From Eledone cirrhosa (lineage: Eukaryota), in the NCBI GenBank assembly GCA_964016885.1, contig OZ024742.1, forward strand, positions 233,988,001 through 234,052,000: a stretch of 64,000 nucleotides of DNA, given 5' to 3'. Of this stretch, positions 38,456-52,625 are shown one piece after another. A program made the translations under genes and the position numbers. The first letter of the stretch is position 1; the number at the start of each line of letters is the position of its first letter. The notes under the pieces were generated by a model. The model saw only the letters and a list, made by a program, of their open reading frames with translations, was not told the DNA's origin and did not search any database.

Positions 38456-39646
38456 TTCAAACTCATGGGGCTCACTCCTGCAGGTGGCCAACTCTTCTCT
38501 GAGAGCAGTAAGTAGGGAAGTGATACAAAGATCAAAAATGACATATTTAACAAGCTAATCAGAAAGCAGCCAATACTTTAGCAGCTTACGATCTTCAAAC
38601 AAAACCCAGGTCTGTCACCAAATGAACCAGGTTGGCAGGTTGCCACTGGAGAAAGTACTGCCACATGTGTCTCAGATGAGAGGCTTACTACCATGGAATT
38701 GGCTGGCCTATTGCCATCCCTGCAGTCCAATCCCAACAACTATGAAAGAAAGCCAGTGGTGTCCAGGCTATGCTCACTCTCAGTCATGTTTGCTTTGAAA
38801 GTATGAAATTTCTGTGATGTAGAGAGGACTCTAACCTTGCATATAATAAGGAAACTTCTCTATAGTTGGTGTTATAATAAAATGTACCTGGTGCACTCTG
38901 TAAAGTGGTTGGTGTAAGGAAGGCCTTCCAGTCATAGAAACCATACTGGTTATGCAGATCTGTCTGGTTCTTAAACAACTATACACATTTTAATCCCAGT
39001 GATATTGAAAATTAAAGAGTGTCTTTTACCTATTATTGCATTAAACTTTTGACAGTTCAATTCCATTATAACATATCACTATCCCTGTTTAACATCTACT
39101 TTCCATGGGTTAGAGAGGCTGTCATGTTATGAAGTTAGACAAATCATGGAGTACGTCTTGCTCATACAATACATTTTGGGCTTGGTTTTCTCTGGCTGGA
39201 TGCCCTTCCTAATGCCAACCACATTACAGCATGTACTGAGAGATATACATACACACACACACACACAGATGCACCCCAATAGTTTACTGTCAGACCTCGT
39301 TTGTTCGCTTCCTCACTCAATGGTCTATAGGTACTTCTACGCCTGGCAATATACACCCTACATCTCTAATCTCTCAGTCAAGCCAAGGGGACAATGAACA
39401 CCGTTATGTCAAAAATGTTAATGCTGGTGCCATAATAAAATGCACCCAGTACATGCAGTGAGGTGGTTGGCATTAGAAAGGGCATCCAGCCAGAGAAACC
39501 CTGTCAAAAATGGAATGTATGAGCAAGATGCAGTCATTTGGCAACCCATCTAACCCATGCATGGAAAATAGATATATGATGATGATGACATACACGTATT
39601 GGACACACACATACACACATGACCTATATATATATATATATATATA

Positions 39647-39977
39647 TCATTTCATCATCATCATTTCATTTTACGTCCGCTTTTTCCCTGCTTGCAAGGG
39701 TGGGACGGGAACTGATTCTGGCTTGATTTCTACAGCTGGATGCCCTTCCTAACACCAACCTCATTTACCATGGCACCTCCACAACCACTTTACAGTGTGG
39801 GCTGGGTGCTTTTTTGCCGTGGCACTTCCACGACCACTTTGCAGTGGAATGATATGGGCCCCAGTCCTTATCATCTCATTTCTACAGCTGAGTAAACTGG
39901 AGCAATGTGAAATAAAGTGTCTTGCTCAAGGAAACAACACATCACCCGGCCAAATGCTCTAACCACTAAGCCATGTG

Positions 39978-39981
<4 letters not shown>
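39647..39981 (-). mobile_element. Same SINE family, inverted relative to 38109
   Basis: Reverse-complement homology with the B-box region deleted. Confidence 0.85.
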
Positions 39982-40069
<88 letters not shown>

Positions 40070-40624
40070 GTAATACAGAAAACCAGACTTCCCACAGACA
40101 CAGGCTGAAGCTAAAGCATATATACAGTATGCCCAACCCATCCTCTCATATATCCCCATGAGGAGAGGCCGAAGTAAATGCATCCAGTGAAGCCCCCAAC
40201 TCACAAAATTCTAAATATCAACAGAGAGTAATCTCAGTAATAAAAAATTATATTATACTCTACTTCCATATTAAACACTGTTTCCCCATTGTTTGTAAAT
40301 CCAAATGCATGCATGTGTATATGTTTGTGTGTGTACACACGCACATGCAGAATTTCTGCACAGTTCTCTGAGTAGGTCAAATTTCATTTATATGGCTTAG
40401 GCTCACATAAGTTATGACAGAAGATGTTCAAGATGCTACATGCTGGGACTGAACCTGAAATCTGGTGATTACAAATAAAACTTCTGAACCATATGGTTAT
40501 TCCTGTTCCCCTGGAAAGTACATGATAGCATCCCTATCAAGCTGGATTATAACATATTGTCGTAATTTCAGATACTGTAAAAAATTACTACCAGAATATA
40601 TTAATAATATAATTGAATACTTAC

Positions 40625-40687
40625 TTCTTTTTTAGGAAATTTTGGACAGGAATTCTTATATTTAGAGGCTTTAAATCTCCAGGCCAT
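40625..40687 (-). CDS. CORO7: Coronin-7/POD1-like gene, first coding exon (MAWRFKASKYKNSCPKFPKKE)
   Basis: ATG at 40687, 21 codons, then donor GTAAGT. The RFKASKYKN motif matches the coronin N-terminal basic signature. Phase 0 fits the next exon. Confidence 0.9.
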
Positions 40688-40816
40688 CTTGATTGACTTA
40701 TGGCTTTATATTGTGTCAAAAAAAAATGAGGTAACAATTTTTTTTTCTTTAATGTCTTTAACAGTTTCTTTCTTCTGTTGATGCTATATTTAATCCTGTT
40801 GCTTCCACTGAAATAG
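40688..40816 (-). other. Probable 5' UTR part of the ATG-bearing exon, implying a further upstream non-coding exon
   Basis: Strong polypyrimidine tract and AG (ttctttttattttacttatatttcag) with the AG at 40817-40818, and a second tttcag 9 nt further on. Confidence 0.5.
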
Positions 40817-42295
40817 CTGAAATATAAGTAAAATAAAAAGAATAGTTGAGAACTTAAAAGACTAATTATAACAGAGTATAATACATCATTACATCCAAAG
40901 GGAATAAATAGCATGTGAATAATAGAACCCTTTCAATGAGTAGACATAAAAAAATAACCATATCACTATAGAGTACACCTAGTCATTTGACTGATTTATT
41001 AATGTACAATAGATCTGCTTTATCAAGAATGACCTAGGGTTAAACAACAACAGTTCTTGTCCAATAGATATTAAACCAAATATTTTACTGAGTCAGCTAT
41101 ATACACATGTTGGGTATTCTTTAATTATTTAATGTTTTTTTTTGTTTTTTATTTACATTTTCTGTTTAAATGATGCTTGATGAAAACATCATAAAATGTC
41201 TTTGTGCAGGTGTGAATTTGTGCAATGATGATGAAGAGGATTTGTATGTGGACAGACGGATGGAGAGACAGACAGTCAGGGACAGATGGACAGAGACAGA
41301 TGGACAGAGACATATATATTGGTGATGCTGGTGATGTACTGTTTTTGCCACATCACTTGCAGTTGTACTATAGATAAAAAGAAAATATTCAGCAAAAAAT
41401 GAACAGATTAATCTGTATTTTTAAATCTTCACTCATTGACTCACAATATCTGTAACCGGCCAATAGAAAACTACATATGTTTTACACAAGTGGAAAGGCA
41501 ATGAAGAACAATTTGACTTTCTTCCAAAGCTCCAGATAGTTAAGTAAAAGAAAGAACGCAAGACAAGTTTTCACATTTACGGGCATGTTCACTTGCATGG
41601 GCGGAATGACACTTACAGCCTCTCTGTTCCTCCCAACGCCCCCTTTTTCTCTACTGCCCCCTTAGGCCCCAGCGTCCCCTGGACCTTCTCAATACCCACT
41701 TTTGAGAACGCCCACTTTGAGAACCTCTGATATAATATATTAAATATAATAACAGTGATAATAAATGTACTATTACTAATGGTAAACTATAGATATAAAC
41801 AACAATAATGATTATTCTAATAATCAGAAAAACATTGATAATAATAGTAGTGTCAGTAATAATGCCAATAATAATACTACTAAATATACCTATAATAATA
41901 ATAATAGTTGTTGTGTTGGTAATGATAGTACGGTATAGATAGACCATGAAGTAAATGGTGGAACTTGGAAAAATAATGGATACTAACTGGGCAAGGGTTA
42001 AATAATACTAACAGGGTATGGGTTAAATAATACTAACAGGGCAAGAGTTATATAATAGACTTGTCTTGACTACTCTCAATTTGATAAATGAATACTCTGA
42101 CACTCCTAATCACCAACGTGAAGTGCCTTTGGATCACTTGAACTGGCTTATCCTCATGAAGTTACAGTGTAACAACCAAGTATAAGCACCTTATCTTCCA
42201 TAATGTCAACATGAATGGACCTGTTATTTTTATCTAAAGACTTTTTTTTCCAATTCCATCCCGCCCGTCCCCTCAATCTATTTTATTTCTCATTC

Positions 42296-42335
42296 TTTCT
42301 TCTGATGAAAGACTAGCGTCCGAAACATTAAGACC
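42296..42335 (+). ncRNA. Degenerate minimal hammerhead in a PLE pLTR-like remnant (about 42120-42450)
   Basis: tctt-CTGATGA-aaGAC(tagc)GTCc-GAAAC-atta-aga, followed by an AT-rich tail ending in (TA)n. Confidence 0.4.
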
Positions 42336-42417
42336 CTCTTCCTGCTATATCAAGCGTTAACCTAATATATACCTTCCATATACTGTACCAATTGTGTTGT
42401 TATTTCTGTTTACCTTT

Positions 42418-42455
<38 letters not shown>

Positions 42456-42819
42456 TTAGAAACACACAGATACATGCGGACACACACATATATACATGAA
42501 TGCATCCGCACCCAACTGTGAGTTAAGGGTGCCAACTTCACCGATGTTGCTCAATGAATGACTGGGACAGACCAATTCAGTTGAACTAGACTGAACCAGT
42601 ATCAGAGTTAAAAATACATTATGAAGAGAGAAGAAACATTTAGATATAATTAGTAATATATATATATATGACGGTTGACTACTCAATACAAAGCTTAACC
42701 ACCTCCATGTACATGGAGCTCAGTTCTGGCATGAAAACCTATGTGATTTTTTAGACCAGACATACTTTTAAAATGTTGTCTGCATAAATTGCACCTAAGT
42801 TTCAGTGTAACTCCAACTG

Positions 42820-43980
42820 TCTAAGTTGTCTGATCTTGATGAACTTTGAAATGTCTCTTTAGACCTCCTTTAGATTTGCATATTTTGTGACATATGTGGT
42901 ATTGATAAGTGTGAACTGGTAGGTATGTTCTGAGGTCAGTAGAAAGTGTCCTATCATGCGCTCTCATGTGAGATTGAAGTCCAGCTTCTGATAGGCAGAT
43001 TTTGCCACAACCGTACAAGTAGAAAAAGTCCCATTAAGTTTGTATTCACTTACTGGTTGTTTTTTTCTTATATTCCTCTTAATATTTACTTGCATTAATC
43101 TATTTCGCTCAAAAGTTTTCACACCATCCCATATTTTTTAACACCATGTAGAGCGATCCACTGCAAGTCTTTCCAAGTTTTTTTTATTGATTCCTACATT
43201 CTTCAAGTTCTCCCTCAATGCATCCTTGAACCTCCTCTTTGGCTTGCTCCATTTCCTTTTTCCATGAGTAAGTTCCCCATAAAACAGTTGCTTGGGGATT
43301 TATTCGTCAACCATGTCCAGATTGCCACAGTTGATTTTTCAGAATTATTGCCTGGATGAAACAAATACCAGATGCAGCTAAAATATCAGGAGTGAATGAA
43401 TTCCATGCCCAGTATGACTGACAAGGTCACAGTCATCGGCATACAGGAGATTTTTTATTAGTGAGGTGAACACTTTAGTCGTGCTAAATTGAAGACATTT
43501 CCTGATGTACAATATCTTACATACACCCCTTCATTGTTGTTCTGGAAAGCGTGAAAGAGCATGGCAGCAAAATATATCGCAAAGAGAGTAGGTGCATCAA
43601 GATCTTCTTGTTTCACACCATTTTCCACTGCAAAAGGCTCAGAGAGTATGCCCCCAAATTTAACACTGGCTTTCATGTCTTTGTAGAGAACTTTCAATAA
43701 ATTCACAAACTTTTGAAGGCATCCAAGTTTCGACAGAACCAACCACAGAGCATTCCTATTAATGGTATCGAAGGCCTTACTGAGATCGCTAAAACAGTAG
43801 TAGAGGACAAGGTTCTGTTCAAAACATTTTTCTTGCAGTTGTCTGACTGTGAAGATCATATCATTAATGCCTCTTTTCGCCCGAAAACCACATTGTGACT
43901 CTTGACACTATGAACTGATTAAGCCATTCCAAAAGGACACTTGCTAGAACCTTACCAACAACAGACAATAGGGAAATGCA
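42820..43980 (-). pseudogene. RTE/BovB-like LINE remnant with C-terminal C2H2 fingers
   Basis: MIFTVRQLQEKC...DLSKAFDTINR...GVKQ..APTLF, YADD-like motif at about 43435, PKQLFYGEL, then CGKICLSEAGLQSHMRAH and CHKICKSKGGLKRHFKVH. Confidence 0.85.
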
Positions 43981-44264
43981 CATATAGAAGAAAAAGCATG
44001 TGTGTTCAGTCATATATATATATGCATATACATATATATACAAACACACCATATATGTCACACACACACCCTGTATATGTATATATTTTTAGCTGTACAT
44101 AATTTTCCTAAATAATGTTTGTAACTTTGCTTGTGGTTGTAATAAAATTTAAAACCATTTAGCCTCCAATAAGGTTTCAACACATAGTTTCTCGAGGGTT
44201 TTAATGATTTTAATGATAGGGACTACAGTTCTTTTATGAAAACAATGTGAAATATATATGTGTG

Positions 44265-44448
44265 TAGGGTGAGTCATAGGTAACCGGACAATCAATGCAT
44301 TTTTATTGCAAGGTTCACAATGTACTGGGGTATGTGGTCAGCTTTTCGAACACTTATATTTTTAACTACTATTGTTTGGTGCTTTTATAATTACATCATC
44401 ATTTGGAATATAGATGTTGAACTGCCAGGTTATTTATGACTCACCCGG
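44265..44448. mobile_element. Tc1/pogo-type MITE
   Basis: TIRs gggtgagtcataggtaacc / ggttatttatgactcaccc with TA on the right. Confidence 0.55.
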
Positions 44449-45099
44449 TATATTGATTATTAAACAAACAAAGCACATTTGTTGATGTTCAATTATATAT
44501 TTATTGATACTTGAAAAAATTCTCTTACACGTTTCGATACATTATGTAATATCCGACCTGTGAAATCTGAACTGTAATATAATTCATTATTTCAAATGTA
44601 TCTATAGCCATATATGTATGTGGGTGGAGAATATGTATGCAGGTCTATATATAGAATTTCTATACAAACATAACTTCACACCCATTTAACATCATTTTCT
44701 CCTCAAACACTGTCTCTCTCTGATGAAATGCATTAGAACAATAGTGCAGTGTGGAAATGCATTATAAATGGTTGCCTACAAAAGACAGAAACCTATCCCT
44801 GTGATGTTGACAGAAGCAAGAATGAGTATTCAATACTAAAGTAATGCTTAGTCATATTCTTTATTATGGCCAAGTGATGCATCTAGTTATTCTGAAATTT
44901 CACCTGTGTACTCACAGGATCATCAAACAAGATTTGCCTGATGATTCTGTTAGTACAAATATGACCTACCAGAGTAACAAGACTTATCACGTAGCCATAA
45001 TAAGGAATGTATATGCAGGAGTTTTGCCAATATCTTCCATCATGAGGTGTTCTGCATCACTAAACAGTGTGTCCGTGATAACCAGGACATTGTTGGGAA

Positions 45100-47050
45100 A
45101 ATTCTGTTCGAATTTAGGCCAGTGCACTTAGCATCACCATAAAAGGCCTGGAAATGCTATTACAAGAGGTTGATAAATGTGGAGAATGAGTGGGAGGAAG
45201 AGAGACTACTCTCAGTTGACTCAACAGAGAGACCAGCTATCAAAATTAATAGTTATAGGATCAAAGAAGCAATGAAGGAGATGAAAAATAGTAATGGCCA
45301 CTAGACCATCAGAACTAGTTGCTGAGCTGCTGAAACCTTCTGGGGAAGTGGGAGTCCCGAATTGACCCAGATAATCAATCAAGTAAAACATGACAGGGTC
45401 ATACCCAATGACTGACTTAGTAGTATACTCACTAATTGCTACAAGGGTGATACACTAGAAAGGAGGAACTATAGGGACATAAAACCAGTAGATCAAGTTA
45501 TGAAAGCCACAGAAAGCGTTTTAGCGCAATTAATGAAAGAGTCAAATTCAGTTTGGTTTTGTATCAGGGAAGAGTACCACAGATACCCTCTTCTATGTGA
45601 GACAACTATAAAGGAAGTTCCAAGCTAAGTGTAAGACAAGAGTCTGACGCCATGCTTTGCAGCAAAGAGTTATGGCCCTTTATGGTCTGAGTTCAAATCC
45701 AGCCGAGGTTAACTTTGCCTTTCATCCTTACGGGGTCAATAAAATAAAGCACCAGTAATACACTGGGATAATTGCTGGCTTTGTGCCAAAAGTAGAAACA
45801 ATTATATTTAGCTGTCTTTGATTTGGAGTAGGCTTTTGACAGAGAACCATGATCTGTCATCTGGTGGTCCTTAAAGAAACTAGTCAAAGAATAGCTTGTG
45901 AGAGTTGTGCAAGCCATGTACAGAGGTGTTGTCAGTAAAGTGAGAGTAGGTAATATGTTTAGACAGGAATTCAATGTGCAGGTAGGTGTTCATCAGAGCT
46001 CTGTCTCAAACCCAATCCTGTTTATTATAGTTCTTAAAGCTATAATAGAGGAGTTTAAGCCCATGGGAACTTCTGCATATCAATGACCTGGTTCTTATTC
46101 AGTATAGCTAAATCAGTGAAAGAGCTAGAGAAGAAATCCTGGCTTTGAAAACAAAACTTAGAGTCAAAAGGGCTTAGAGTTAACTTAGTAAAAACCAAAG
46201 TTTTGGTAAGCAGTAAAGAAGACAGGGCTCTGATCTCATCAGGAAAGTGACCCTGCTCGATATATAGAAAAGAAGTATGTAATAACTCTATACTAAGTGC
46301 ACAATATAAATCTTATATACGGAAGAGGTTTAGTAAGGATACCAGGTAAACTTAGTATGTGGCAACTGCACAGAGATAGTTAGTAGTAAGAGCATCAGTA
46401 AAATATGTTTTCCAATTCCAGGAAGACTCCATAGAAGTGGTTGATAGTTTCTGCTACTTAGGTGATCTAATTTGTGGAGGAGAGGAGGGGTGCACTAGAG
46501 CAAATACCTAGAGTAAGAACAGGATGGAAATAGTTCATGGAGCTGTCAACTCTGTTGACAACAAAAGCTTTTTCTCTATGAAAGAAAGCCTAGCTGTATG
46601 ATTCTTGTGTGCGAAGTGTAATATTGCATGGTAGCAAGACAAGGATCATACATGTAGAGGATATGTGAAGGCTAGAGATAAATGAAGTGACCATGCTCTG
46701 GTGGATGTGCAATGCTAATGTTTGTATATAACAAAGTATGGATGAGCTGCAAATAAAGTTGGATATAAAAAGAATCAGATGTAGTGTGCAAGAGAGAAGA
46801 CTGCACTGGTATAGTCATATGATTCATATGGATGATGATTGTTGGGTGAAGAAGTGCTAAAAGATCCCAGCAGAAGGAAGCTGCAGTAGGAGACAAAGGA
46901 AGGCATGGGCAGAGCTAGTGAGAGCTAATCCCAAATCACTGAAACTCACAGTCAAGTTAATGAAGAACCACAACAACTTAAGGGATATCAGGCTAGAAAA
47001 GACCTGTCCAACAAATGCAAGCATGGAAAGGTGGATGTAAAACAGCAATG
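45100..47050 (+). pseudogene. Decayed RTE-clade LINE (family of 56380-57790) with nested SINE
   Basis: Collinear remnants RRNYRDIK..DQVMK, QAMYRGVVSKVRVG, GVHQ, RRLHWY, ending gtggatgtaaaacagcaatga. Confidence 0.8.
45632..45805 (+). mobile_element. Meta-domain SINE nested in the LINE
   Basis: B box gagttcaaatcc followed by actttgcctttcatccttacggggtcaataaaataaagcaccag. Confidence 0.75.
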
Positions 47051-48764
47051 ATAATATGATACTTCAGCGTTGATGAAAACATTAAATGCATTGAAGCACT
47101 GCAGGAAAACGAAAACTTCAGTCTCAGGGAGAACATAAGGAATACATTACAAGCCAAAAATGAAAAATAATTTATAAACAATTAAGAAACAATATAAAGA
47201 CAACTTCTGTGGTAAGATATTTTAAATATAAACATATAAATTAATATTATATCAGGATATCAATAGACAATCCCAAAGATAAGAATATATAGATAGGACT
47301 TCTTTTTGAAGAAAATCTCTAGCTGACTAGAAAATACACAGACAATTGAGTAACTGTATAAACAGCAAATATGTATTGATCAAATAGATGCATATGAAAG
47401 TGAAATTCTATGAATTTTCTTATATAGTCTAAAATACTTTTATTTCTAGAGTAATTAATATTATACATCTATAGAAATTATGATGGAATGATGGATAATA
47501 TCAGCAATGAAGTGGAAACCTGAATGGTTCTTTTATTATGTTTCAATGAAGCTTATTTGTGGCTTTGCTTTTAACATCATTGAACATATTTTTTTTATAT
47601 AAAGCTTCTTGCTTTACCATAAGGTCATTTGGTTCAAAGAATTCATCAAAATATGCATTCACACAATACTGTATGATATGAGTAGTGTCAAAGAAATATG
47701 AATGCCATCATCAGCACAATACAAAAAGTTAGATCAAAATGGATTAATTGGAAAGAGGAAAAGTACTTAGGATAGATTTGAGAGTATTGAAGCTTATAGA
47801 TATGATTAAGTACTAAATTTCTATGAGACATGTCATATTATACATTTGCTCAAATCATGCCAGCATGAAACAATAAACAAGCAAACAATAATAATTATGG
47901 TAATAAAATTGATGATGCCTCTAGTCATTTATCAAAATATAATATATTGTTGTTGAACAACACTAATTACCCTTCCTTAGATCAATCAATGTTATTGAGG
48001 TAGACAAACAAAAAAAAACATGAATAGAGTTCCGCAAGTATCCTATTTAAATTAATATAAGATATCTAGAACATCATGGTAGGCTGTTCTTCACTGTCTG
48101 ATCCACATTTTAACTTTGGTCATTCCATTTTACTGTAAGTTGTTCTAGTATATTGACTTTAAAAAAAGGGTGTCTACCTTAAATATAGCAAAATGTTTGC
48201 AGCTAGAGATTTTGTCTGCTACCTTGATCAGGTTGAGAAACTGCATAGATGCTTCCCCAATGACTCATCAAAACTTATATTCATAAGATGGTGGTTTTAT
48301 ATGTAGATGATAAACGTATTAAGTTACATGGACAATAAATTAATGCAACATTATGTTCAAATTTAAAATCACAAATAAGTTATTGTTTGGGGCACTAGAA
48401 ATATAGATATATGATATCATGGAAGTTAATTCTGGAAAGAGTGAAGAGGAAATATGTCATGTTCAAAAACTAAGTCATATTGTGGCTGAGTTTAAGATAG
48501 CCTTTAAGGATTTATATCTCCTGATTATAATATGTTGATGACTAATGATAAGAACTGGAATATGTATGCTTTGCAGGAAACTTGCGACCATCATCTAGCA
48601 ATGAAGCCTTCAAACAACTCTTAATTTTTTCTTTACAAGGTTTCCTAATGGACAAACTTGCAGCTGCTGAAGACCAATGATGTCAACAAACAATAAATAC
48701 ACGATACAGCTTTCTAATCACTCAAACTAACATAAGAGCTCGCAGAATACAACAACACAACGGC

Positions 48765-49320
48765 CATCATCATTGTCGTCATTTTACATCTGCTTCTCTA
48801 TATTTGCATGAATCGGATGGGTCTTTTCCAGCACATCATCCCTCCACTCATTGTGGTCACTCGTAATCTCCACTGCAAGCTTCAGCAATTTGTGATCAGT
48901 TCTCACAACCTCTGCCCAGGTCTTCCTTAGTCCTCTCTACTGCAACTTCCTTCCACTGGAATTTTTTGGCATTTCATCAAACGATCATCATCCATAAGCA
49001 TCACACCAGCATAGTGTTCTCTCCTACACACTACATCTGATTCTTCTTACATCCAGCTTTTCTCTCAGCTCATTCACACTTTGTCACTCATGCACATTAA
49101 ATTGCAAATCCATCGAGGCATACTCGTATCATTTCTCTCCAGCCTTCACATATTCTCTGCACTCACTGCTGCCCATGTCTCACTGCCATGTAACATCACA
49201 CATTGCACAAGGAATCATACAGCTAACCTTTCATTCATAAAGAGAAACCTTTTGTTGTCAACATAGGAGCCCCTGAACTATTTCCATCCTGTTCTTATTA
49301 TAGCTACTATGCTCTCAGTG
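48765..49320 (-). pseudogene. RTE LINE 3' remnant
   Basis: Homologous to 56380-56940. Confidence 0.7.
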
Positions 49321-49894
49321 CTGTTTGTGTTTTGTTTTATTTTGTTGTGATGGTCACTTTTCATCAGTGACCATCACATTGTTTGTATGTCAGAGATTAC
49401 ATTGTTTAATACATCATTCCTCTTTTAAAGATGGAAGAGTGTGATTTGAGGAAGATTTGGCTGCTATATCTAACAAGTTGAATTATTATTGAGACTCCCT
49501 TGGCTTGCTGTTTGTGTTTTATGTTGTTACAGTGGCTATTGTTAGAGTTGTTGATGTTAAATGTATGGTGTTCAAATGTTTATTTTAGGGGTTTGTTTAC
49601 TAGTATGATTTTTTTTTTTTTTTAATAAGCTACACATAACCTAGATTACATCTTAAAATGTAAATTTATTCATTTAAACTAAAACATCTAAGATTAACTA
49701 TGATGAAATGCTTACAAATTGAAAGGAAAATGTAAATAAATGAGGGCAAACAAGTAGAAAGAAAATAGAAAAAATTAGTAGATTTATGGTACAATTGTTT
49801 CATAAAACCTACAGTTTGACAACTATGTCCAAACACGGAAGAACCAAACTCCCACCATCATCGCTTACATCTCCCTCGCCCTCTCCATCTCTCT

Positions 49895-50160
49895 GTATTA
49901 TGAGCAAATTGGGTCCCACATGCTGGCCACCCCACAGCCCCGGTGGACAGAAAAGAGAAGGCGTTTCCCCGGAAGATGGTAAGGGAGATGCGCTGGAAGA
50001 GCCATTCCATCTCACAAAGCTCACACCTGCAGCTGGCCAGCTCAGCGCCTATGGTGGTAAGTAGGGAGATAGCCCTAGGGCCAAGGGCACCAGAAGTCTC
50101 CACTGGTAAGGGCACGACCACAAACCTGTCGGAGAGCAACCGATACTTGGAGTGATACCT
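49895..50160 (-). pseudogene. CRE-clade non-LTR retrotransposon C-terminal restriction-like endonuclease fragment
   Basis: KYRLLSDRFVVVPLPVETSGALGPRAISLL...WLFQRISLTIFRGNA fits the CRE pattern KY...P...ET.G..G..A...FQR.S....RGNA. Confidence 0.75.
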
Positions 50161-52235
50161 AGAATTGTGTTGGTTTATTATTCTTTTATTGTTTTCATTC
50201 ATTGGACTGAGGCCATACTGGTGCACTACATTAAAATATTTAGTTAATTATATCAACCATGATACTTATATTATCAATTTATATTTGTTAAACCATTAAG
50301 TTATGGAACAAAGAGACACAACATAAACAACACCAATTTTTTAACCATTGTAAACATAAACACAGAAAAGAGCCCTTGCATTTGTTGACAGGCTTTTGTA
50401 CTTCTTCCACCAACTAAATTTCACTCAGAAGATATTAATTAAATCGAGACTATACTATAAAACATTTGTCTGAGGAGGGAAGCACTAATTAAAAGAAAAA
50501 TTCATTATTTAATACAAACAAATGACAAACAAATTTTGGAAATTCATCAAACTAACAAGAATGTATTGTGAATTCTTACCAAATGTTATTACTTGCTACT
50601 GAACAAATCAAGCTTTGATGATCAGATAAGATATAAATATCATCTGAGGGATTACAAACATCAATAAAAACAGTGGCAGTATATTTTCAGAATTCATCAT
50701 AATACTCTTGAAAGTCTATAAAAATTCTCAATAACTACCAAATATTTTAATAATAGTTATTGAATAGCTGTGTCTTAACTAGAATAATATATTGATTAAC
50801 AACGAACAGTGTATTTTTTTATTCATCTGAAAGAACTTATTTAAATTAGATAATGCTTTTAAACAGTGTAACAAAATTTGAGGCATAATAAGGAATTAAC
50901 CTATATAATGAACGGCATAGTGAATGTTAATTGCTGAAAGCATCGATGCTTAAAGCTTTTAGCTGACAACAAAATAGACTCTCTATACTTAATGTAGGCT
51001 GTGTTATACATATTGCAGAAGTGAGATTCAGTTTAGTAGAGTAATATGGATGGATAATAAAAACAAAGGATATTAAGGAATAATGGACTATATGTAATTA
51101 GTGATAAAAGTACTGAGTTGAAAAATTGATTAGGTGTTAAATGAAATGAATGGAAACATTTGATTATATGAAGGGTGGCAGTATTGGTATAAAGAGGTTG
51201 TCATAACAAAAAACACCCAGCCCATATTGTAAAGTGGCCATGTAGGTGTTGCGGCAAAACACACCCAGCCCACACTGTAAAGTGGTCATGTAGGAGTCAT
51301 GGCAAAAAGCACCCAGCACACACAGTAAATGTGGTTGGCATAAGGAAGGGCATCCAGCTTTAAAATATAGCCAGAAACAGTTCTATATGAGCAAGACACG
51401 TCCACCTGACCCAACTTGCCTCAAATGGGACAACCCCTCTAACCCATGTTAGCATGAAAATGGATGTGTTAAACATTGATGATGATAATGATAATACACT
51501 GAGGGTAAATTATGGATATTAGGTGAAAATGCTAAGCCAAAGAAAATGTACAACAAATATTTGGTTACCTAATATTTAGATTAAAAGAAATAATAGAAAA
51601 GGATAATAGAACAATGATATTTTGTACATATATCTAACTCAATCAAGCATGAAAAATATGAATAAAAAATTTGTACTGCCTTTTTACTCAACTAAATAAG
51701 ATTCTATACCTAGTTCTTAAGAAAAGTATAATAATTTTGTTCTTTTTAGATTTAATACACTCTTTAAAATTGTCTATATTTATAAAATTATCTATAGATG
51801 GAGTATAGAGATAAAAAAAAGGAAAGGAACAAAATCTTCTTTCACCAATCTGAAACTTGGTGGAGAAGGCTTATTAAGGAAATAATTTACAAATTAACAA
51901 TTATTAGATCTGGTAGAGATACAAAAAGACAAATTTTAATTGCAGGATATCTTGACAAAAATATATGCCTGCTATTATATATAGGTAAATGATGCTATAT
52001 ATATGTTTTTTCTTTTTTTTTTTCTTTTCTTCTATTTTCTTTTACATAAAAAGAAATAACTATCTTTTAAAACACTGATGATAGAGCTGAGCCTTCGAAA
52101 TATGTATAGTGCTTTCACAGAATTAACATTCCAAAGTAAATTTTCCAGTCCAGCCTTCTGTTCTTGTTTTAATGAGTATATATATATATATTATTTTTTT
52201 TTTAAATATACTCAGCCTTGTTGTTGTTTTAATGA

Positions 52236-52281
<46 letters not shown>

Positions 52282-52299
52282 TAATTGATTGATTGGAAA

Positions 52300-52625
52300 G
52301 AAATGAAGCATGCATGTTCCGATGGATGTGTAATAGTAATATACACGAACGGCAAACTAAGAGAGAAATTAGGCATAGGGGGATCAGATGCAGTATGCTA
52401 GAGAGGAGATTGTGTTGATATGGTCATGTGATGTGTATGAAGGACAACAGTTGTATAAAAAGGTGCAGAGTGATCAAAATTGATGGAAGTTATGAAGTAG
52501 GAAGACCTGGGATGAGGTGATAAAAGCTGACCTTACACATTTGCACCTCTCAAAGACAATGACACAGGATCGAGATCTCTGGTATTATGCAGTAATACAG
52601 AAGACTCACCTTCCCTTGTGCACAG
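52300..52625 (+). pseudogene. RTE LINE 3' fragment
   Basis: ERNEACMFRWMCNSN...ERRLC*YGHVM, close to the 32560-32775 copy. Confidence 0.7.

Noticed and set aside
41600-41730. GC-rich patch as the CORO7 promoter or first exon
   Set aside because: It ends in a cagaggttctcaaagtg hAT/Charlie-like terminus on the minus strand, so a transposon end is more likely. A donor-like gtaagt at about 41611-41616 is not enough evidence.
44500-44740. GAAACGTGTA on minus and CTGATGA on plus
   Set aside because: The two halves are on opposite strands, so no complete ribozyme can be drawn.
52074-52112. Apparent compact hammerhead CTGATGA...GAAA
   Set aside because: Alignment to 11280-11320 shows the TGATGA is the 3' strand of stem II in a truncated copy, and stem I does not form.
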